Source: Monocercomonoides exilis PA203
Lineage: Eukaryota; Protista; Preaxostyla
Reading direction: 5' to 3'
DNA: 64,000 nt
Assembly (NCBI GenBank): GCA_001643675.2
Contig: LSRY02000031.1
Span: 248,001 to 312,000 of the forward strand
Shown here: in pieces, positions 36,135 through 48,600 of the stretch
How the letters are laid out: each line of letters begins with the position of its first letter
Numbering within the stretch: the stretch's first letter is position 1
Translations under genes and position numbers: made by a program
The notes under the pieces: model-generated
Told to the model about the DNA's origin: nothing
Seen by the model: only the letters and a program-made list of their open reading frames with translations
The model's database searches: none

Positions 36135-37590
36135 TTTTGATCACGAAAAGTGACATGACCCATAAAGTGGCATCTCTCAACAAGAAGAGAAGAAATTGAA
36201 TGGAAGTTTTCTTAACAATTAAAATGTTATGCATTTTAATTGATTATAACATCCAAAATCATTGTATTCTTCAATATATCCCATCATCATGTACAGCTGT
36301 TTGTGTGAAAGAAATAACAATTTTTCAGAATAACAATAAAAAGCACAACAAGTTTGTTCTCTTCCATTTTTCGATAATAATATTGAACATATCAAAAACA
36401 AGCTTTTCATCAATCAAGACTTCATCGAAAAATTAAAATGGAGAGTATTCACTTTTCCAAGCAGAATATCTGAGAAGAAATAAATGTCGCGACACAAAAC
36501 GTGAATAAGAATTGATTGATTGTGAAAGTATTTTGTGCTTCAAATTGGATCATAAAACCAAAATTTCAATCGAATTAATAAATGAGCTATTCAGAATGAA
36601 ACGGAAGAGATAAAGAAAGTGGACAAGGCTCGATTTTAGTCTGTCTCAAAAATGGTTAATGAAGAACGTGATGCAGAGACAAATGTTGGAGGACTTCACT
36701 ATTTTTTATGTGAATGATTGATAAATCGAGATGAAACAAAAGGAGAGCAACTCCTGCTGTTGGGGATGTGTTTGGAACATTCTTTTGACAAATTCGTCAA
36801 CTGAAGAGTCCTATGTATGACTGAAAGTTTGTTCAGCGAAGACGAAGAAGAATGTGTAGCATCATTGGAATTGACAATTAGACAAAGTTGATCGATCATT
36901 TGTGTTGAAATCAGTTCTGCAAAATGAAGGATTGGTTGGTTGTCAAAATGAATATCCAGTCATTTGAATAAGAAATTTTTTCAGATTATGTAATAGATTG
37001 TCAAAGAGGAAAGAATATTTCGAAAGAATCTTCTCATAAGAAAAAAAATATATGTTGTTCATTTCGTTCTCATCACAAATAATCTGAATTATCGTGTCAA
37101 TTTCTTCTTTCTGAATGATGTTCTATCATTTAAAAAAGAAATGAAGATGATTCAGCTGCATTTATTCAATATGATTCTCAGTGCAATTGTTGACTTTGTA
37201 ACATTCCAAATTCATTCTCCATTCAACTGAAATCAAATGGCTTTGACTTAACAAAAATTTCATGAAATTGTCTAAAAATAATCTGAGATGTTTTTGTTTT
37301 GAAAGAACTGGAAAAAAAACTTTGAATGATTATCTTTTCAATTCTTTCTATAATTTTCTCAATTGGTTCTGTGACAACTTATTATTTTCCTTCCTTTAGA
37401 TTGATTAACAAAACAAATCTTTTGTCAGTCCAGATTATTTTTTTTTTTGATTTTTATATTCTTTCATTTTCTACAACACAATGATAAGTTTAGAGCGATA
37501 TCAAAAAGCATACAAATATACGTCCAATAAACCACGTCAAGTTTGCAAACACATTATTATCCTTGTCTTAATCTGAATACAGCAACAAAG

Positions 37591-37690
37591 AAAAAAATAA
37601 AAAAAATAAAAAAATAAAAAAATAAAAAAATAAAAAAATAAAAAAATAAAAAAATAAAAAAATAAAAAAATAAAAAAATAAAAAAAAAAA
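37591..37690. repeat. (AAAAAAAT)n tandem repeat
   Basis: About 11-12 copies of an A7T unit. Confidence 0.85.
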
Positions 37691-38510
37691 TAGAAATAGA
37701 AATAGAACAGAATTGAATAGAATAGAATTAAAGAAGTTCGATTTTTTTAGATTTTAAAAATAAACATATGATTTAATATAATAATTGAACTTCAATAAAT
37801 GGATATATTGCAATTATTTGCTTATAGAGAATTTCATATTTGAAAAAAATACTTCTTTAAAAAAATATCATTGGGCTAACTAAAAATATATTAAGATAAT
37901 TACAACGAATATATCACAATAAAAAAACAATGTTATATAAATAATGAATGCGAATTATTAAAATTTCAAATATTTTAATGTTTGGCTAAGACTAACATTT
38001 CATATTGTCATTGAAAAATGATTCTTTATGATAATGTGTGTGAAAAATATGAATAATTACATTTGTATTTGCACAACTTTTTGAGACTATATCTGATTGT
38101 GATTATTCATTATGATGCTTTACACAGAAAAATAAAAAAATTAATTTTTTAAATAATGAATTTTTGGTCGATTTTTTTTTTGGAAATTCTTCACCGAAAC
38201 GCATTTTTACTTGCTTGAACAATTTTGATCATAAATCACTTTTATTTTTTGACTCCATTGTGCACATTTTTGGAAAAGCGATAAATAAAAAATATTTTTT
38301 TGATCAAAAAATCGATTTTTCATTGAAAAAAATCACACATAATGAAACAAAATGTTAGTATTAATTTTCAGTCCTGTGATAATATGTGATGGAAAATGAA
38401 TGAAAAACTATCAAAGAATATCGTTGCATCGAAAAATGTGACAATATACGAATGTGATTGAATTCGACGTGATAACATCAGGTTTTGACTATATAATAAT
38501 AATAATAATA

Positions 38511-40548
38511 ACGTGATTTTTTTATCCGGACATAATCTTAATTTATTGATAAAAGAATAAATAGTTTTTTTTTGTAAATCGCATGTTGAAATTTTCGAAA
38601 AAATACAACAATCTCTTGTAAATATTATCCATCAATTCTCTTTTAATAATTTTTCTGGAATTTCTTCGTTCATTATCATCTTCTTAATCATCATCTTTTT
38701 TAAATTTGGGATTTGGATATTTTTCTTTTTTCGGCTTCTCTGCAGAAAACAAATCTTTTTCTATTTTTTCTTCAGAAGAATCATCAATATTTTCTCCTCT
38801 TTCATCTTTTTGTATGCTTTCCATTCATTGAAAAATGATTGATCTGAAATATTTTTTCCATGGTAATTGAAACTATGGGATTTTTTTTCAGCTGAACTGA
38901 AGGAGTGTCAGGCAACTTCACCAATACAGAATTGGACTGCCCAGACAACACTCCGCTCTTTTCAAATGCAGAGTGAATTGTTGAAGGAAGCAATGCAGTT
39001 TGCAAAGCCTGTGGCAAGGCATTTGCAACTGCTTTTCGTCTGAGCGCGATCGAAGAAGAAGACGAAACTACATTGTTTTAATTAAAACATCTTTTAAACA
39101 CGGCAAAAACTCCGCAGTCAAGTGGCTGTGAAAGATGAGTGTTGTGTGGAATAAATGTCATTACGTCAATTGATGAATCTGCAAATTTTTACCACAGATC
39201 TTGCTGTGCTCTTGATGGATGAGAATCCAAGAGAAGCAAACATCTTTCTTCGTTCTAATCCAGCAATTTTTTTCTTTGGACAATTCCAGGTAGTTGTATT
39301 TCCCCAGCATAGTTAGCAAACAATGCATCAGTCATCTATCCATCATTATCTGCCCAGGCATGAAACTGCTGGCTGAGCAAGACCTTCATTTCTTGTGGAA
39401 ATTTTTTGGATGGCCAAAGAACAAGGTTTGGCAAATGATGACCATCAGTGGCAACTGCAACCACGAGAGTGGAGTTTGGCACGTTGATTGGTGTTTTGGA
39501 TATTCCTTCTGGAACATCTGAAGAATGAACGGCAAATTTTTTTGAAATGTCGGAGAATCGAAAAGAGGATTCGTCTGTGTTGAAGATGAGAGAAGGAGAG
39601 TATTTGTGAGAATCATGAAGTGATTGAAGAAGAGAGAAGAAAGGCTGAAGAGACTTCTTATTTGATACAGATCAACGTTGAATGTCAACGGTATGAGGAA
39701 TGGATGTTTTGAGATCTGGATTGAGTTTGACAAAGGAATAAGGAGTTTATTTGGAAATTTTGACTTCTGGTTCTTCTTCTTCGCAACTTCGAATTTAACT
39801 TTCGGTTAGCACTGATTCCATCTTTCATTATTATTAATAAAAAATATTAATAAGAAAAAGCATTTAATTCAAACCAATCGTTTTGTTTGAGTTACAGAAT
39901 AACTCACTTTTGTGAAACTCTCTATTCTGATGACTCCGGTTATCATCTCTTTGTCTTCTTTAGTGAAAAGCTCTGGACGACCAACTTTTCCCACAATTTT
40001 TCGCTTTTCAACAGCACTCACAGCTCAATCAATCGACAAACGAGAGAATTCATTTTGATTAGCAGCGTAGGTCACATGGCATTTTCCATCAGCAACTATT
40101 GTAGCTATACGTACTAATCGATTTATGATTTGACGATACTGGAAAGATTCCATCAAATCTCTCAATTTCGTCAAACCACTTTCTTTTCTGTGTTTCACAA
40201 GGCTCAAACAAATAAAATATTGGTTATGATCTTTTTTTATTTTCTTCAGAAATATTTTTTTTTTTGAAATGAAAAAAAATCAAATAAAATTTTTTCGATT
40301 AAATTCTAACTTTGTTCCGCTGCTATTACATAATCTCTTCAAGTGAGGCATAAATCAAAGATGGAGGAGCTTATTCTCACATCTTCTCCCCATCAGAGAA
40401 TAGGTGCTGTAATTTAATCCAGAATTTCAGTCATTGATTTTTCCTTATATAATGAAAACAATATAAAAAATATTAAAAGTGGGAAAAATCAACTTATTAT
40501 TAAAAAAAAGTCCGGGTTTTTCAAAAAGTTCGGGTTAATAAATCACTC
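38511..40548 (-). mobile_element. Decayed pogo transposon, related in protein to the 52390..54465 element
   Basis: TA|ACGTGATTTTTTTATCCGGAC...GTTCGGGTTAATAAATCACTC|TA imperfect TIRs. Broken frames include NRLVRIATIVADG, KVGRP, LLLDSHPSRA, FIPHNTHLSQPLD and AFEKSGVL. The intron is at the same position as in the intact copy. Confidence 0.8.
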
Positions 40549-42699
40549 TAACAATTTAAATAATCAGAAATATTTTTCAATGAAACAAATGGTTAGGTTA
40601 TAATCAATTTCGGTTATGGTCACAAAAAATCGTGCAAAATGGATTGTGATAATAACCGAGCTTGACTGCATAACGAAAAATAAAAAAATTTTTCAGGTGT
40701 CGTGAATGATTAACTTTGTAGTTTTTCAGATATTTTTTATTTCAATCTCAGCTTCTAATTTTTTTCCCCTTTATTCTTCTTTCTTTTTGTAATTTATTTT
40801 TTATTAAACACTTTCGAATTTTAGAAAATTAAGGGTTCAATAAGGACAGAAAGGATATTGAGAAATACACACTCATTTGAAAATAAAAGATAAATTATCG
40901 TATTATTCTATTGAAACGAAACTCAATTAAAAAAACAAATCCTAAATAAAGTGTATAATAATTGTAATATTTCTTTTTCATAAATACAAATTATCCACGA
41001 TGAATTCTGAAAAATTATTCCACCCCATTATAATATCATTATTCCTGCGTATTTTCTTTTCCGTTTTCCGGAATTTTTTGAATTTTTTGAGGATTGTTTC
41101 AAGATGAAACATGCACAAAGAATTATGTATCGTACGTTATAACATTTATTATGAGTGAATTTTCAATTTGTTCCAGTTATTTATGCCTACAGAAAATTAT
41201 GCATTTTGAAGGCAAATGAAGCACAAATATTTTTGCTCATTTTCCTTCCTGCTTAATTATTTGTGCTTTTGCAGAAGCTCCACTTTTATTGCAAACCCTT
41301 ATGACATCAAAGACTAAATGGCATATTTTTGAAAAAAGATTCATTCAATGCCATTCCAAGTTATTACTGAGCAAAATTATCATATTTTGTGTTACTGTTT
41401 TTTTATATTTTTGTTTCTTTTTGTCCAATTTCGTTTGCCTCAGAAATGCTGCATTTGGTTCGAAAATGAAAAAGAAATGATTATTATTCCAGACTCGGAA
41501 TCTGAAGAGAAAACAGGCTCCACAGTTTCAACAACGGAAGCGCCAAAGGAATTGAATGTTTGAGGTTTTCTTTTATGAGAATTATTTTTGATATGTGTAT
41601 TTAAGGAAAGTTTTGTTCAGTTGTTAAAAAAATGAATTATTTTGATTATCGATCCAGAGTAACTCACAAATCCTTCTCCGATTGCACAAAGCTGTGAATG
41701 ACATAAAGGTTCAATTGCGAAAATGGGAATTTGGAAATTATTTTTGGAAAAGAGCAGTAATCACGATTGACAATTACCAAATCTCCTCTTATTCATCTAA
41801 AAACAATAGTTAATGTTTAATAAAGGCAAGAAAAGGCTTGTTTAAGACATTTTTGAAGGAACAGGAAAATATCTGAAAATGGCAGAATTTCATTGGATAA
41901 CTATTCAAGAATGGCTTGAAATGAGATTTATTTAAAAATAAACTGGAAGTATTATAAATAAAGGTGATTGCAAATTTTGATGGAAAACATAAATTGCAGC
42001 AAAGAAGAAAAAGACTTGAAAAAAATTGAATAAGAAATAGAAGAGAGCAAAAGGAGGATCATTTGAAGGAACAATTAAAGAAAATCAGAAAAGGGAAAGA
42101 ACAGAGGATATTGAATCAAAAATCAATTTCTTTCTGAAAAAATGGAAAAAAGAAATTTCATGGAAAGATATGCCAGAAAAGGAGGTTTTGCAGGCATGGT
42201 GAAGAGTTGAAGAAATATTATTCAATGAAGCAAAAGCAATAATGCTCAGCTTTTGAATAGCCAGATTTATCTCTTGGTGTGGAAATTTTCATTTTCATCA
42301 TTTTTTTGATATTTTTTTTTATCTCCACTTGTATTTTCAGGAATCTTTGAAATCAAGTGAAGAATACATTAAGATTCGAAATGATAGCCAACATTTTGAT
42401 GAAGATGCCCGAAGATGCAAAAGGAGCTGAGCGGATGAAGAATTTCATTCAAACGGAACATGGGAGGAAAGATGAGATCCAAATTTTTGAAGAAAAAAGC
42501 AAGAAATCAATTGAAGATGGCAGTTTCTTTGAATAAATATAAAAATTGAACGTTTCATAAAAATAGAAACATAAGCAGAGAATTGGATTTTGAAAATGGA
42601 ATTTGCGCAGGAAATTGTTCTTTTCTTTAATTCTACAAGATTATCGAAATTCAGCAAAAATCAAGTTTTTTTCGAAGAAACCCATTATAAAAATTGAAA

Positions 42700-45600
42700 C
42701 AATTATTCCCTTCGTTTTTCTTGTGTGTTTGTTTTCAGTAATTTGTGGCATAGATAGAAACGACAAACTGAGAAATGAATATGATGATTTCCATATTTGC
42801 GAGATGGAGAAGAGAAGTATTTTTGGGAAGGGAAGTGTTGTTCAAATGTTCTGTGAAATACACAACTCGTCAGTTGAATTGAAGGGGATGTTGCTTGAAA
42901 ATCCAGATAAATATGTGATGATTGAAAAAAGAGCAGGATAATTGCGGCAGGTTGAGGGGAGTGTGTTTGTGAGAAATAATGAGTTGAATGGGAATTATGT
43001 GAGGAATGGAGGGACATGCTGGGTGATAAACACGACTTTGGGTGTTGGAAATGGTCAGGAATGTGGAATGATGGGGAGTTTGGTGAAGATGGAAGGGGGT
43101 GATTTGTCGATGTTGTTTGTGAGAAATAGTGAGTTTGAGGATGTTGTGTTTTGTGGGAATGGAGGCAGTTTTCTGAGAGATGGTTCAGGAAGTTTTGAAT
43201 GCATTCAAAACTGCAAATTTGCGAATATCACAAAGAAATATGGTGAGACAGAGGAAATACAAATTGGAAAAGGGAGGATAATAAGGATGAGTTCAATGGA
43301 GAACAGTGCTGTTGAAAGATCAATGAATGTTCTTGAGAGAGGGGTTGCGAGTGGAACAGAAGGATCTGGTTCATTCACCTGCAACAATTGCACATTTGTT
43401 CAGAATGAAAGAGTGGATCGGAAAGTGAGAAATGCAAATAGGGTTGAAGCCACTATGACACAGACATTTACGAATGCTGAATGGATTGGGTGCAACGCTT
43501 CATGTGGTGGAGCGCTGTATGTGCATGGCAATTCTAGTGCAACGCTGACAGTTGAGAATTCTTCATTTGTGAAATGCAATGCAACTTCCACAAGAGGAGG
43601 GGGAATATTTGCATTGAATATTGCAGAATGCACTGTTAAACATTCCACATTTGTTGAGTGCTATTGTGTGTCATCAACAAATTATGGAGGAGCTGGGATA
43701 GAAATCGAAAGTTTAACTGAACAAGCGCTTGTTGATAATTGTTTGTTCCAAGATGGATGGTCAGGAAATGATGCTGGAGGACTTGGAATTTGCAATTCGC
43801 AAGCAACAAAAACAAAAGATTGCGTGTTTAATTGTTTTTTCCAAAATTGTAGTGTACATAATTCAACGAGTTCAGATGGTGGAGGATTTGTGAATTGGAA
43901 TAATTTTGATAGAATTGTTTCACATAGCTGCCTTTTTCAAGGATGTCATTCAGATTTACAGGGAGGAGGTGTAAGTATCATGGAAAATGGATACAGTGGA
44001 AATCTTTTGTGGTTTTGCTTTTTTCATAACAATACTGCTCCATTTGGGAATGATATATTTTATTATGATAATGATACGACATCTCAAATAAAATGGTGTT
44101 ATTCGACAGGAATTGGAGGAAATAGATATTATGCAGGTGGAGACAAAAGTGATTGGCTTCCAAATGAAGGAGGAAGAAGCAGATTTGTTGCTTCCGTTCA
44201 AACACAGGAAAATGCAACAGACACATTCAGCTGTGGGTTGAATGAAAGTTGTGCATGCCTCACAATCAGCCATTGCCTTTCCCAAATGATTGAAGGGTTT
44301 GTGGAGGAAATCAAAGTGCTTTCTGGAACAGTTGTGGAAGGCAAAGGAATTGACATTGGAGAGATAACAATCTCTGTGAATGGGGCTTCTTCATCTGGTT
44401 CAGCCATTGAAACAAAATTTGAATCAAATGGACTGAGTCTGTTTTGTGTTGGAACAGAGATATTGAGTGTGAGTGATCTTTCATTGATTCACAACACCTC
44501 ATATGAAAACAACAGGCGATGCATTTTGTTTGAGGTTGAGGGAAGTGGGTTGATGGATGTGAAGCGAATGAATATTTCGATGGATTCAGCTCATTCGGAA
44601 GAGAGGAGCATTCAGAACTCACTTGTGAAACTGGAAGGGGGAGAGTTGAAGATGCAAGATGTGAGATGGGAACAAACATTCAGCATCACAAGTGTGATAT
44701 CTCTTCATCAAGAATCGTCTGTGACATTGTCTCTGGATAACTGTGTGTTCAGCAACATTGTGAGAACAACAGCAGGATCATCGCTGATGAGTGTGAGTGA
44801 AGGGTCACATTCGATAACTTTTGAAGGATGCACGATTGATGGCTGTGGGAGTGAAGACTGTGATTTTGGAGGAGGTATGATTGTTGAAGTGGGAAGTGGG
44901 AGTTCATTGAATGTGAAAGGAGGCGTTGTGACGAACTGTTATGCCTCAGTCACTCAAGGGAGGGGAGGAGGGATTGGGCTGAAAGTGAGAGACACAAATG
45001 CAGAGTTTCTGATTTCATCAGGATTTGAAGGAAACAGGGCCAGATGGGGAAGTGACATTTTTGTTGACTCGATCGATCTCGAATCAACAGCAACAAGTGG
45101 GAAGATCACTTCATTGACAGCTTCATTGGAAACAAAGAGCAAGATGCAGGGATATGAAAATGGGGATGAATCGTTCCCAATTCCGCTGTGTATCTATTTG
45201 TGGAACAACTTTTCTACACCAGCGTTTGTGGGAGGAGGATCACTGAGCCATGATTTCTCGAAGTGTGGATTTGAAGAGTTTCCGTGCTCATCCATTTCGA
45301 AGGCAGTGTCGCTCCACTTTGAAGGGAAGAAAAAGGATGTTGCTCTTCTTGAGCCATTTGTTTTTGAGGAGGAATTGGGGTTGACGTCAAATGAATGGAG
45401 CATTGCACCCAAAGAGGATGAGACGAAGTGTGATGTTTGTGATCAGAAAGAGGGAGCTCAAAGTGGATTGATAAAAAACACAGTTTCTGTGTGTGTGACT
45501 GGCATTGTATTTTCTTTGAAGAAATCGCTGACATTTCATGAGAGTGTGTTTGAGTGCCATTCAGGGAAGCTCACACTGAATGGATGTGAGATGGAAGGAG

Positions 45601-48600
45601 GCACTGAGCCTATTTCGACAGTGTTTGTGAAGGCTGTTGGAGGGGCTGTGGAGGTGAGTGAGTTTGGTTCAAAGAATATGAAAATTGGAGATTCATCTAT
45701 ATTTGTTGTTGAAGGGAATGCTGAAAGTGTGCCTTCGATGAATATGACTCATTGTGATTTTTCCGAAATCACATTTGGTGATGGGAGTGTTGTTGAGTGC
45801 CATGAGGGGATTATTAAAGAGATGTCAGGATGCACATTTTCATCGATCACTCGTTTGAAGGGAAGTGGAGGATGCATCAGCATTGCAAGCAATGATGCTG
45901 CTGATGATAATGACGGAAGAGATTACAAAGTGAAAATAAATGACTGCACATTCGAAGGGTGTGCTGTTGCTGGAGAGGAGGGAACTGAGATTGGAGGAGG
46001 TGCACTCTTTTGTGAGGCATCTTCAAAAACGAATCTTTTGATAAGTTTGTGTTCGTTTTATTGTTGCAGAGCACCATATGAAGAGGGAAGTGTTGGATAT
46101 GGAGGAGGAATAATGCTGAAGATACTGAAAGAAGAAGAAGAAGAAGGAAAGGCAGAGTTTGTGATATCCTCACCAGTTTTTTCATCTGAGAAGCCAAACA
46201 ATGCGAAATATGGGAAGGATCTGTTCATTTCATCTCCATCACTTGCCAAGAGCATCAAGAACGAAACACTTCCATTTGTGAAAGGCAGACTGGAGATGCT
46301 GACAGAGGACTCGATGAGGGGATATGATGGAGAAAACAAGGAATGTGCAATCCCACTGATTTATTTCTGGAAAGAGATTGAATCGAGTGTTTATATTGCA
46401 GAGGAAGGAAACAATGTTGTTGTGTGTGGGTTGAGGGAGTATCCATGCCGATCTGTTGATTATGGAGTGAAGCGAGGGAGTAACTTGGGGATTGAATCAA
46501 TTGCAGTTCAGGGGATTTGTGATGTGATGAATGTGATTGAGATGAATGAGATGAAGCTGGAAGGAACAAATGGGGAGTCAGACAAAATCCAATTTGCTCA
46601 AGCACTTGAAGGGAATGGGGATGCTGTTGTTGAGTGCAAAGGGGTTGTTCAGTTCAGTGAATTGGGGATTCTGACCCCCAGTTCCTTTGACAACGGAGCA
46701 AACACCCTCATCCAAACAGGATCAGATGCAATCAAAACGAGTGTTGTGAGCTGTACAATTCATCCAAGTGGCAATGCTGAAAGTGAGGTGTCATTTGTGT
46801 TGATCAGTGCATTGAAAGGAATTGTTTCGATTGAAAAGACAGAAATAGCTGGATTCTCAACGATGCATGAGATAATGAGCATATCAGCTGATTGTGTAAC
46901 AACCATGAACAATGTGACATTTGAAGATATTTCATTGAGTGGGAAAAGTGCAATTGCGATGAGTGAAAGTGAGATTTCTGGAAGGGAGAATGATAATGCA
47001 AAAGAAGTGTGGAATGTTCAATTTGAACAATGCACATTTGTGAATGCGAAGCACAGTGTGTCAAACAACCCCTCATTGCTTTGTTGTGATGTGCCAAATG
47101 AAGTGAGATTGAAAATGGAGAATTCATCGATAAACAATTGTGGATCGACAAGTTCTCATGAAGGAGGAGGCGTGTTTTTTTTTCTCAATGAGAGGGGGAG
47201 ACTGGAAGTGAATCACACAAATGTGACAGAGTGTTTCTGTTCAAACATTGGGAGAGGCGGAGGGATGTTTTTGAAATCACAGAGTGTCTCACAGAAGGCA
47301 TTGCCATTTGTGCTGTCGAACATCACATTCAAGGAGAATGTTGCATCGAAGGGGAGAGATGTGTTTGTGAAGTGCACAGATCTTGACTCGCAGATAAATG
47401 AGTCACAGTTCCTGATAAACTTTGGGGAGCCATTTGTGAGGGAGCTGGCGATATGGGGTTGCACAGCAGACAATTATGGGGATGAAGAGGATCTTCTGAG
47501 GAGGGTGTTTGTGTTCAGGAGCGAATTCATATTTGTTTCATCGATTGTGGAGAACAGTAGCGACAGCAAGCAGTGTGGGGAGATGAAGAGCACATGCAGA
47601 TCACTGAATGTTGGGGTGAGCCACATCATCCCATCGGATTATTCGCAGTTATTGATCTGGAATGAAACAACATTGGCTGGCTCGTGTTCAGCTGAGAAGG
47701 TGACGATCAAGTCGATGGAAGCAAGCAGGAATGGGGAGATAAAAGTGAAAGAGATTGAACTTGGGAATGAGGGTGTTGTGAGAACCTCGGAATCTGTTCG
47801 ATTTGAGAAGGTGTCATTTGTTTTTGGTGGAATGGAGAATATTGTCTGCTCGTGCTTGATACACCAGCTGAATGGATCTCTCATTCTGGAATCTGTTTCA
47901 TTCTTGTCAGAGAGCAGAACAGCAGAAAATACACAGACCATTTTTGAATTTTCTCTGATTGTTGTTGAAGATGGGATATTTGAGGCAGATCGATGCAGTG
48001 TTGGCCACTTAAAACTCTCGAAGCCAGTGTTTCAGATATTGCATTCAGAAAGGGCAACATTTGAGGATGTGAGAGTGGATGATGTGGAATGCAGGAGTTC
48101 ATTGATTGAATGTGGGAAAAGTGAGAAAGTGAGCATTTCGAAGTTGGCAGCCACAAGCATTGAGTTGGAAAAAAGGAGTCTGATCTCACTTGAAAACAGC
48201 CACTCATCACTCGTTTTGTCATTGATGGTGTCATCATTCACAAACATCAGCCGATCGAGTGATGGGTCTTGCATTGTTTGCACAAGTCAGCCGATGAGTG
48301 GATTTGATATGTGCAACTGCTCTTTTCATGAGTGCACATCAGAGTCACCAAAGGGGAGCCAAGTGGCGATAACATTGGCAGAGAAGATATTGATGGAGTC
48401 GTGTGTGTTTGAGGGGAATCTGGAAACAGGAACAAAAGGGAATGAGATTTCTGATGAAGTGTGCAAATGGAATGGGTCAGTTGTTGACTTGTCGAAGAGT
48501 GAAGCAGTTGTGAGAGACACCACGATTTGCAACTCATCGAAGGGAGGAATGAGCGTGAGTGGAGGCATGATATTTATCAAAGACGGAAGATTTGAGAACA

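Larger units (their letters stand above)
30012..36241 (-). mobile_element. DIRS1-type tyrosine-recombinase retrotransposon, full length, with an embedded pogo transposon
   Basis: ITRs at 36148..36202 and 30030..30084 (55 bp, 1 mismatch). The ICR at 31888..31989 is complementary to both termini. ATT occurs at both ends. gag, RT-RH-MT and YR ORFs are present. Confidence 0.93.

Noticed and set aside
38160-38342. Possible additional small MITE ending ...AAAAAAATCACACATA
   Set aside because: Only one end resembles the TGGGTGATT TIR family, and the partner end is unconvincing in such AT-rich sequence.
41480-42560. Purine-rich, coding-like stretch on the + strand, possibly another decayed copy of the family at 24.3-25.8 kb
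   Set aside because: It is too degraded to define a frame or boundaries by eye.
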